In this document: positions 7,426 through 13,747 of the stretch, piece by piece
How positions within the stretch are numbered: the stretch's first letter is position 1
Layout: every line of letters begins with the position of its first letter
Assembly: GCA_038844785.1 (NCBI GenBank)
Contig: JAWBRA010000036.1
Location: 1-13,747, forward strand
Length of the DNA: 13,747 nucleotides
Direction: 5' to 3'
DNA from: Candidatus Caldarchaeum sp.
Lineage (GTDB): Archaea; Thermoproteota; Nitrososphaeria_A; Caldarchaeales; Caldarchaeaceae
The notes under the pieces: generated by a model
The model's input: the letters and a program-made list of their open reading frames with translations, nothing else
The model's database searches: none
Told to the model about the DNA's origin: nothing
Position numbers and translations under genes: made by a program

Positions 7426-8370
7426 TTACGACGTCAGCAGCATGACTATCCTCAGCCAATCGTCCTCCGTCAAAGTTCCAAACCTTTTTTCGTAGAGGAT
7501 TTCACCCGAGGACGATATTCCGAAAATCGTCTCCTGCGTTATGACTCTTAAGGCTACTAGGAATTCGAGGTTTGGATGCGTCACTATCCAGTCGCCGCTG
7601 GCGTTATGCTGGTCGAGGAACCTCTGGATTTTCACGGCCGTGTCGCCGGGGTCGAAGCTTGTGAGGAAGACAGTGACTTTATGCTGAAAACGTTTGTAAG
7701 CGTTGCTGAGGCTGGTGACGTTTTTGCTGCACGTGGGACACCATGTGGCGAAGAAAACCAGCAGGACAGGTTTTCCCCGTGAAAGAACTTCTGAGACCGT
7801 TATTTCCCGTCCGTCAAGAGTCTTTAGCTTGATTTTGAAAGCGTCTGCAGCACTCTCCCTGCCGTGAGCCTCATGACCATTGTTTGGGGCTTCGAGAAAA
7901 TTCTCAACCACTGCGTCCCATCCTACAACATCGCCGCCGTGCTTCCTAGCGAACTCAACGGCCGATGTAAACGATTTGAATGCAATCAAGCCGTGACGCA
8001 TGGGTGTGATGATGTCGGAGCCTTTGACGTACCAGGCTGAAGAAGCTTCAACGGCCCCTGCGCCGTCGAAGCTGTAAACCATTATCTTGTCGATTTTTGA
8101 GACGGGCCAGACTCCTTGAACAGGTTTTATTACGCCCTTGAAGCTTAGGTAGTGTATTAGCATGCAGCCGACGTCATTGTAGACAAGCCTTCTGCCGTCG
8201 ACGACCATCTCAGCCGCAAACTCCAGCCTCCTGACCTCCAGACCGCAGTAGCTACATTTTTCCCCAAGGACCATGCTGTCTGCGTTTGATACAAATCGTC
8301 TGAACAGAAAATATGCTGCTGTCCCAGCCGCTGCGAAGCCTACAGAAAATAGAAAAGCCCTCCGTCTCAT
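7426..8370 (-). CDS. Tat-exported NosL-like copper chaperone fused to a TlpA/redoxin domain
   Basis: MRRRAFL twin-arginine signal. NosL motifs CSYCGL, NDVGCM and AWYVKGSDIITPMRHGLIAF. Linker GHEAHG. Thioredoxin-fold GKPVLLVFFATWCPTC. Confidence 0.85.
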   Translation of the reverse strand: MRRRAFLFSVGFAAAGTAAYFLFRRFVSNADSMVLGEKCSYCGLEVRRLEFAAEMVVDGRRLVYNDVGCMLIHYLSFKGVIKPVQGVWPVSKIDKIMVYSFDGAGAVEASSAWYVKGSDIITPMRHGLIAFKSFTSAVEFARKHGGDVVGWDAVVENFLEAPNNGHEAHGRESAADAFKIKLKTLDGREITVSEVLSRGKPVLLVFFATWCPTCSKNVTSLSNAYKRFQHKVTVFLTSFDPGDTAVKIQRFLDQHNASGDWIVTHPNLEFLVALRVITQETIFGISSSGEILYEKRFGTLTEDDWLRIVMLLTS

Positions 8371-8371
8371 T

Positions 8372-8824
8372 CTACGGCCGGCCGACGACCTCAACCTTCC
8401 CCGTCATCCATGGATGCAGCGTGCACATGTATTCGTAGACGCCCGGAGAGGTGAACGTGTAGCGGACTGTCTGTCCAGGTTGTAGGATGTAGTCAAAGAG
8501 CCTTGCAGCGCTTGTAACAGTATGTGGTACCGTGTCTTCGTTCACCCATGTCACCGTGTTATTCACCCCTATGACCAGCCTGACGTACTGAGGGCTAAAA
8601 GTCATGCTGGTGTTTCTGCTGGAGCCCAAGGGGTTCGACACAATCACTTCAGCGGCTGGAGCAGTCTGCGTAAGTGTTGTTGTCACAGTGGGTTTTGCCG
8701 GCGTAGTGGTAGTCTGTGTAGGTGTTGTTTGTAGGGTGGGCTGCTGCCTGGGTATGAAAAACAGCATGACGGCGGATAGCACGCCTATGCCCGCTAACAG
8801 TGCAAGAACATGGGCTTTTTTCAA
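8372..8824 (-). CDS. Membrane-anchored type-1 blue copper protein (plastocyanin/amicyanin-like cupredoxin)
   Basis: TM anchor and Thr/Pro linker, then FSPQ...TVTWVNEDTVPHTVT...PGVYEYMCTLHPWMTGKV (His plus C-x2-H-x2-M ligands). Confidence 0.92.
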   Translation of the reverse strand: MKKAHVLALLAGIGVLSAVMLFFIPRQQPTLQTTPTQTTTTPAKPTVTTTLTQTAPAAEVIVSNPLGSSRNTSMTFSPQYVRLVIGVNNTVTWVNEDTVPHTVTSAARLFDYILQPGQTVRYTFTSPGVYEYMCTLHPWMTGKVEVVGRP

Positions 8825-8826
8825 CG

Positions 8827-9843
8827 CTATTCCTCAATTATTATCAGCCCTATCATGCCGGCGTCGGCGTGGCTTACTACATGGCAGTGGAAGAGATACA
8901 CGCCCGGCCTGTTGTAGACTAGGATGACTGTGTCAGCTGCTCCGGGGACTAGCGGGACGATCTGCGCTGGCCAGCTTCTTCCGCCGAGAACGTACTGGGA
9001 GCGGTGGTCGCCTACGTGGGCGTGGAAGCTGTGGTAAAGGTCTCCTATGTTGATTATGTGGAACCTCAGCCGTTCGCCGAGCTTAGCCTTGAAGACGGGC
9101 ATGGATTTGTTGAAGAGCTGAGCCACACCCTCTAAGCCTTTAAGCTGTGGGTAGATTGTGCTTTTTCCCGCGTAAACTTTCTCGAGCTCGGGCTCTCCGC
9201 CTGGAACACCCATCCCGTTCATGATATAGAAAGGCCTCTGCCCAGTTCCCACGATGGCTCCTCTGACGGCCGGCGTCTCAGCCATGAAGACGACGAAATT
9301 CCTCGACGGAGGCTCGTCTATCTCATCCACTATTATGGCTCCATACAGCCCCATCAGCATGTGGTCTACTATCCTAAGCCCGCCGTCAGCTGAGTGGCAG
9401 TGGTAGTACCATATCCCAGGCTTTGAGGCCGGCCATTCATAGACCCATTCTCCCCCCGGCGGAATCATCGAGCCCTTGCCTACTCCCGTGATTATGTTGA
9501 CTTGGCTGCCGTCATGTTTCAAGTCGTAGTAGGGTAGGTGCGGGTGGAGGCTGTGGGTTAGGTTGAGCTTGTTGACGGCTCTAATCCTTATGATGTCTCC
9601 GACCTTGACGTGAATTGTTGGGCCGGGAACTGTGCCGTTATAGGTCCATGCATTCCAGACAACGCCTGGAGCTATCTGTATCTGCGCTGGCTCTATGAAG
9701 ATTGTGTACTCGCGTATGTTTGACGGCTGGGCGGCTGCTTTGAAAAGGTTTGGAAAATACGTGGGCGCCCAGAAAATCGCCGTAGCATAGCCTAGAAGGA
9801 ATCCGCCAGCTATCAGCCCTGCCAATATGTAGGCGGTTTTCAT
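8827..9843 (-). CDS. Two-domain multicopper oxidase with T1 ligands in both domains
   Basis: Domain 1: YNGTVPGPTI, HSLHPH, WYYHCH-x10-HMLMGLYG. Domain 2: HSFHAH, YLFHCHVVSHADAGMIG. ATG 9843 is preceded by AGGAG and followed by a TM anchor. Confidence 0.92.
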   Translation of the reverse strand: MKTAYILAGLIAGGFLLGYATAIFWAPTYFPNLFKAAAQPSNIREYTIFIEPAQIQIAPGVVWNAWTYNGTVPGPTIHVKVGDIIRIRAVNKLNLTHSLHPHLPYYDLKHDGSQVNIITGVGKGSMIPPGGEWVYEWPASKPGIWYYHCHSADGGLRIVDHMLMGLYGAIIVDEIDEPPSRNFVVFMAETPAVRGAIVGTGQRPFYIMNGMGVPGGEPELEKVYAGKSTIYPQLKGLEGVAQLFNKSMPVFKAKLGERLRFHIINIGDLYHSFHAHVGDHRSQYVLGGRSWPAQIVPLVPGAADTVILVYNRPGVYLFHCHVVSHADAGMIGLIIIEE

Positions 9844-9874
9844 GTTGCTCCTGCTGGGCGGCGGAAATTTTAGG

Positions 9875-9894
9875 TTGACGGGCTGCCAGGTCAA
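9875..9894. promoter_or_regulatory. Inverted repeat TTGAC-N10-GTCAA in the divergent MCO/HTH-10 promoter
   Basis: TTGAC 9875-9879 and GTCAA 9890-9894 lie immediately upstream of a weak minus-strand TATA-like CCTAAAATTT (9865-9874). Confidence 0.45.
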
Positions 9895-9933
9895 ATACTT
9901 TAGGAAGCCCTTACATATTAGGCTCCGGTAACC

Positions 9934-10545
9934 ATGCTCGAGCTTTCTCTGAAGGTTCAGCTTTCATGTCCTTGGATGAGCGAATTGAGGAAGCATGTCT
10001 CTAACTTCCGCATCGTCAGCTGCAGGCCTGTTTACCGCGGAGGCGGAGCCAGCGCCGTCGTAGCCTTCCGGAGCGGCTTGGACCCTGCAGAGCTGCAGGC
10101 ATTTCTGCAGAAGCTGCCGTATGTTACTAAGGCTGAGTTTAAGAAGACAGGGAAAAACAACGGCGTAGGAATTGTAAGCTCGTTGCTGTGTCCATGCAGT
10201 AAACTGGGCATACCGTATGAGCATGTTTTGAAGATTGTTGCCGAAGAAGGATGGGTGAACTTCCATATCTTGTTGTCCGGCGAACAAGAGCTGAAGGAGT
10301 TTATGGAGAACATCAGGTCAACCGGGCTGAAGCACAAGCTGGAAAAAGTGAGAATCTTCAAACCCAGCGTCTTCCTCACACCAAGGCAGGAGCAGGTTCT
10401 TGCCCACGCATATGTCAAAGGCTACTTCAGTTATCCAAGACAGCTGACCGTAAGCCAGTTGGCGAAGGATTTCGGAGTCTCAACCCCCACGTATACCGAG
10501 CTTCTTAGAAGAGCCTTGTCTAAGCTGGTGCTGAAATGGTTTTAG
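9934..10545 (+). CDS. HTH-10 (Bat/NarO/DmsR-type) transcriptional regulator
   Basis: C-terminal LTPRQEQVLAHAYVKGYFSYPRQLTVSQLAKDFGVSTPTYTELLRRALSKL. N-terminal domain has C12, C30 and C86-P-C88. Confidence 0.92.
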   Translation: MLELSLKVQLSCPWMSELRKHVSNFRIVSCRPVYRGGGASAVVAFRSGLDPAELQAFLQKLPYVTKAEFKKTGKNNGVGIVSSLLCPCSKLGIPYEHVLKIVAEEGWVNFHILLSGEQELKEFMENIRSTGLKHKLEKVRIFKPSVFLTPRQEQVLAHAYVKGYFSYPRQLTVSQLAKDFGVSTPTYTELLRRALSKLVLKWF

Positions 10546-10618
10546 CAGCTGGACAGCCTTGTTTTTCAACCTTTAAATTGGGCTTATCCTGCTATAATTT
10601 TGCGATAAGTGGGAGGCC

Positions 10619-10837
10619 ATGGTCAAACACATACTCGTCACATTGTCCGACGAACAGTACAGGTGCGTGTCATTCCTGCGGAACAAGATGGGGTCGAGCG
10701 ACGCTGAGGTGCTTAGGAACATCTTCCTCTCATGGCTTGCTGAAAAAGCGATGATAGGGTGTTGGGAGACAGACAGAGCCGTGGAGGAATTCCAGAAACG
10801 CTGGATAGAGAAGAAAGAATCAAAAACAACCGTCTAG
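10619..10837 (+). CDS. Small ribbon-helix-helix DNA-binding protein
   Basis: KHILVTLSDEQYRCV...MGSSDAEVLRNIFLSWL fits a beta-alpha-alpha pattern. One nucleotide separates its stop from the cysteine synthase ATG. Confidence 0.7.
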   Translation: MVKHILVTLSDEQYRCVSFLRNKMGSSDAEVLRNIFLSWLAEKAMIGCWETDRAVEEFQKRWIEKKESKTTV

Positions 10838-10838
10838 A

Positions 10839-11780
10839 ATGGATAATAAACACATGAGTCCAAGCAGCGCCGCTGTCAGCAGCGTAAAAGGAAAGGGGGT
10901 AGCTGAGCTAATAGGATGGACGCCGCTGATCCGTTTAAAACCCTTCGAGAAACCCGGCGTAAAGATTTTCGCAAAATGCGAGATGTTCAACCCCGGCGGG
11001 TCTGTCAAGGACAGGCCAGCCCTCTACATAATCCTCGATGCTGTGCGGCGCGGTAGGCTGGCTTCCGGCAAAACCCTCCTCGACGCCACGTCGGGGAACA
11101 CAGGCGTTGCCTACGCTATGCTGGCCGCTTCGATGGGTTACACGGTGAAGATGGTGGCGCCGTCCAACATCTCGAAGACGAAGCTGGCTAAGATGAGGCT
11201 TTTCGGAGCCGAGGTAGTGTTGACCGACGCTTTAGAGGGCATGGACGGAGCCATAAAGAAAGCAAGGGAAATTTGCGAGACGGAGCCCGACAAATACTTT
11301 TACGCAGACCAGTACAGCAACCCCGCCAACCCCCAGGCCCATTACCAGACCACAGGTCCCGAGATCTGGTCGCAGACCGCTGGGAAAATCACCCATTTTG
11401 TCGCAGGAGTAGGTACTTCAGGCACGCTGCAGGGGACAGCCCTCTTCCTCAAAGAAAGAAACCCGAGGATTAAGGTTGTTGAGGTGCAGCCTGAGAACGA
11501 GTTCCACGGCATAGAGGGGCTTAAATACATGGCCGCAGCGCTGCGCCCACCCCTTTACAGGGAGGACATAGCCGACGCCCGCTACTTCATAAAAACCGAG
11601 GAAGCCGTTGAAACGACTAAAAAGCTTCGTATGTTGGGAGGTGTTCCGGCAGGCGTCTCCGGCGGAGCTGCTTTAGCCGCAGCCCTAAAGCTTGCGGAAG
11701 AAATCGACGAGGGAGTTGTTGTCGTAATCTTGCCCGACGGCATCGCCAACCATCTGGAGGAAAGGATGGTCAGCCCATGA
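10839..11780 (+). CDS. cysM: PLP-dependent cysteine synthase, CysM/O-phosphoserine sulfhydrylase type
   Basis: IGWTPL, NPGGSVKDR (PLP lysine), DATSGNTG, DQYSNPANPQAHYQTTGPEI and GVGTSGT. Adjacent to JAMM and Ubl genes. Confidence 0.9.
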   Translation: MDNKHMSPSSAAVSSVKGKGVAELIGWTPLIRLKPFEKPGVKIFAKCEMFNPGGSVKDRPALYIILDAVRRGRLASGKTLLDATSGNTGVAYAMLAASMGYTVKMVAPSNISKTKLAKMRLFGAEVVLTDALEGMDGAIKKAREICETEPDKYFYADQYSNPANPQAHYQTTGPEIWSQTAGKITHFVAGVGTSGTLQGTALFLKERNPRIKVVEVQPENEFHGIEGLKYMAAALRPPLYREDIADARYFIKTEEAVETTKKLRMLGGVPAGVSGGAALAAALKLAEEIDEGVVVVILPDGIANHLEERMVSP

Positions 11781-12217
11781 AACTCGTCATCAAACGCGAG
11801 GTTTTAGACACCATTTTGGCGAGATGCGTTGAAGGATATCCGTACGAGACAGCGGGCCTCATGCTCGGCTACGGCGGCAGCAGAAAAGTGGTCGACTCCC
11901 TTCCCACGGCCAACGTCCATGAAGGCGACAGGAGAGTCAGGTACAGGATAGACCCGATGGAGTATTACAGGGCTGAAAAAACAGCGGAAGAACACGGTCT
12001 TCAGGTCGTCGGCGTCTACCACTCCCATCCAGACGTTGCAGCCCGTCCATCCACTTACGACCTTGAATACGCCCTCCCCGGCTGGTCATACCTGATTGTA
12101 TCGGTCACGAAAGGCAAGGTCTTAGACTACGCCAGCTGGCATGTCGTCGACAAAAAAGGCTTTAAAGAGTATGTTAGGGAAGAATTAACAATAGTTGATT
12201 CTGATAAACCCGAATAA
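11777..12217 (+). CDS. mec: JAMM/MPN+ (M67) metallopeptidase, Mec-like
   Basis: YPYETAG (catalytic Glu) and YHSHPDVAARPSTYD (HxH-x7-S-x2-D). ATGA overlap with the cysM stop. Confidence 0.9.
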   Translation: MKLVIKREVLDTILARCVEGYPYETAGLMLGYGGSRKVVDSLPTANVHEGDRRVRYRIDPMEYYRAEKTAEEHGLQVVGVYHSHPDVAARPSTYDLEYALPGWSYLIVSVTKGKVLDYASWHVVDKKGFKEYVREELTIVDSDKPE

Positions 12218-12241
12218 ATGTGTTTAGCGGCTGAACACACG

Positions 12242-12249
12242 TATAAATA
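12242..12249 (+). promoter_or_regulatory. TATA box upstream of the Ubl fusion gene
   Basis: TATAAATA about 28 nt before ATG 12277, in an AT-rich intergenic gap. Confidence 0.55.
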
Positions 12250-12276
12250 TAACGCCTTAAATATTTTTGGGAGCGT

Positions 12277-12819
12277 ATGCCTGTAAAGGTCTATCTTCCT
12301 ACACCGTTGCGCCAGTACGCCGACGGCCGTGACATGGTTGAGGTTGAAGGCTTGACTGTTGGGGAGGTGTTAAACAAGCTGGTCCAGCGGTTCACGGCCC
12401 TACAGAAGCATCTATTCACCGAAACAGGATCTGTTAGAAGCTTTGTCAACGTGTTCCTGAACGACGAGGATATCCGCTATCTTGATGGGATGCAGACGAA
12501 AATAAAGGACGGCGACGTCATATACATCATCCCCTCTATTGCCGGCGGCCTGAGCATAGCCCAGCCCTCTTCGGTTACCCGGAGGCTTGGCAGGACTATG
12601 AAAGAACACGGCCGCATCACCGTGCCCGTAAAGCTTTTAAAAAAGGCTAAGAAGAAAGAGGTTGCGCTCATAATAGATGACGTGAAATATGTCTTCGAGC
12701 CCGACAAGTATGGGAGAATCTACATCCCTCCCACGCTCCGCGATAAGCTGGCCAACATGTCGGCCTTCGAATTCTCCCTCGTAGACGGCGAGCTGCTGCT
12801 GAAGTTCAGAAGGTTTTAA
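12277..12819 (+). CDS. CysO/MoaD/SAMP-like ubiquitin-fold sulfur carrier with internal GG, fused to an AbrB/MraZ-like domain
   Basis: Residues 1-91: VKVYLPTPLRQYADG...FVNVFLNDEDIRYLDG...DGDVIYIIPSIAGG. An 89-aa in-frame tail has two swapped-hairpin motifs, EHGRITVP and DKYGRIYIP. Confidence 0.9.
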   Translation: MPVKVYLPTPLRQYADGRDMVEVEGLTVGEVLNKLVQRFTALQKHLFTETGSVRSFVNVFLNDEDIRYLDGMQTKIKDGDVIYIIPSIAGGLSIAQPSSVTRRLGRTMKEHGRITVPVKLLKKAKKKEVALIIDDVKYVFEPDKYGRIYIPPTLRDKLANMSAFEFSLVDGELLLKFRRF

Positions 12820-12842
12820 AACAACTTATACACTGCCTCACC

Positions 12843-13232
12843 ATGCCGAAGTACGTAATTACTCTGAATGCTGATGACGTGGAGGTTTCATACGAGGCTG
12901 CGTCGAAGGATGAGGCTTTAGCCCATTTTGACGAATTGATGGAGCTGTACAGGACTGTTTTGGACAGAATTAGAACTGAGCCGCGGATGAAAGTCTCTAA
13001 GCGAAGGGGAAGGTCTGAGGCTGTTGAGGTCTTGAAAATCCTAGAGGAAAAGCTGATCCCCTCTTCTTTCTTCAGCCAGCCAAGGTCAACGGCAGAGGTG
13101 AGGGAAAAGATAGCCGAGCTTGAAGGTATCAGGTTCCAGAGCAGGAAGGTCAGCCAAGCCCTTGGAATACTCTTCAAGAAGAACGTTCTCTCCCGCATTG
13201 GTTTAAAAGGAGATTATAAATATTATAAGTAA
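12843..13232 (+). CDS. Hypothetical protein with C-terminal winged helix
   Basis: 129 aa. FFSQPRSTAEVREKI...VSQALGILFKKNVLSRIG...YKY has a wHTH pattern, preceded by a basic linker. Confidence 0.7.
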   Translation: MPKYVITLNADDVEVSYEAASKDEALAHFDELMELYRTVLDRIRTEPRMKVSKRRGRSEAVEVLKILEEKLIPSSFFSQPRSTAEVREKIAELEGIRFQSRKVSQALGILFKKNVLSRIGLKGDYKYYK

Positions 13233-13296
13233 AGCCGCACACAACATACCCATAGAAACTAGGATAGAAGAGGCGTATTACTTGGCTGACAGTACT
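13233..13296 (+). mobile_element. Second IS6 right-end remnant
   Basis: GAGGCGTATTACTTGGCTGACAGTAC (13270-13295) matches 3887-3912 at 23/26 and is preceded by the same CACAACA (HN) remnant. Confidence 0.75.
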
Positions 13297-13519
13297 AGGG
13301 GCTGGCGGTTCGATGGGCTAACACTTCCCCTAGACGCTTGGCTAGATAGTCTCTATCCCTAAAGGCTCAACCCAGCAAAAAGACCATACCTGAACAACCT
13401 ACTCATGCAGTCAACTAAATAATCGAAGACATACACAAACCGTCAAACCATTCCTAAACTACAGACCCAACAAACACACCTAAACTGAAGGTGAAGGTAA
13501 GGAAAAATAGGGGAGGTTT

Positions 13520-13672
13520 GGCTGGAGGCCGCCAACAGGAACAACGTCAAGGAAACCCATGAGAAAGGCCGACTGATATTATCTGGGCCGTATCAAATAG
13601 ATACGGCTGTTTATAATCGGGCCGGCCTTTCTATAGGGTTTTTCCCTGCTGTTCAGGCCGGCGCCTCCAGCC
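13520..13672. repeat. Long imperfect inverted repeat
   Basis: Nested arms GGCTGGAGGC/GCCTCCAGCC, GGAAACCC/GGGTTTTTCC, AGAAAGGCCG/CGGCCTTTCT and GCCGTATC/GATACGGC around a 5-nt AAATA centre. Confidence 0.85.
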
Positions 13673-13745
13673 TTTCCTGGGTTTCCCTAACAGTCTTCCA
13701 GATTCTCTTTAGCAGTTGTTCTTCGTCCCTTGCCCGATGTTTCGG
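13653..13745 (-). CDS. Possible 3' end of a gene entering from beyond the window
   Basis: Open frame PKHRARDEEQLLKRIWKTVRETQERLEAPA* with helical, protein-like composition; too short to identify. Confidence 0.4.
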   Translation of the reverse strand, partial: PKHRARDEEQLLKRIWKTVRETQERLEAPA

Positions 13746-13747
13746 AT

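Noticed and set aside
7426-8370. Evidence for a nitrous-oxide reductase cluster
   Set aside because: Only a NosL domain is present; no nosZ, D, F or Y in the window.
8827-9843. nirK call
   Set aside because: HSLHPH replaces the NirK HxxDxH motif, and both domains have HCH, giving a full trinuclear-cluster ligand set.
182-13198. Numerous antisense and overlapping short ORFs in the track (e.g. 182-472, 1284-1625, 10032-10418, 12806-13198)
   Set aside because: They are shadows of well-supported genes and have no motifs of their own.
13295-13333. CTAGGGG/CCCCTAG inverted repeat next to the IS end
   Set aside because: Only 7 bp with a 25-nt loop; too weak to assign a function.
13631-13642. CTATAGGGTTTT identical to 6092-6103
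   Set aside because: A single 12-mer resembling a generic BRE/TATA, with no adjacent tandem repeat or downstream gene to support shared regulation.

Overview
Archaeal accessory region. TATA/BRE-type promoters, leaderless starts, AGG/ATA-rich codons and the gene content suggest a thermophilic TACK-group archaeon, possibly Caldiarchaeum-like; this is an inference. Left to right: (1) the 3' part of a large repeat-domain surface protein whose membrane anchor is split off by a frameshift; (2) a 3-repeat CRISPR array with leader and an orphan, frameshifted cas6; (3) an internally deleted IS6 element and a decayed HEPN-MNT pair; (4) a copper island. The island has a PepSY-like/Met-rich membrane protein/DUF411(CopG) operon divergent from a membrane-tethered Met-rich wHTH regulator with an 11-bp tandem repeat in the shared promoter, an intact HEPN-MNT pair, and an operon of two-domain multicopper oxidase with T1 sites in both domains + cupredoxin + Tat-exported NosL-thioredoxin fusion, divergent from a Cys-containing HTH-10 regulator; (5) an RHH-CysM-JAMM(Mec)-CysO-like sulfur-carrier cluster in which the ubiquitin-like carrier has an internal GG followed by an AbrB/MraZ-like domain; (6) a wHTH protein, a second IS6 end and a ~150-bp imperfect palindrome. 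All family calls come from motif recognition only; no searches were run.
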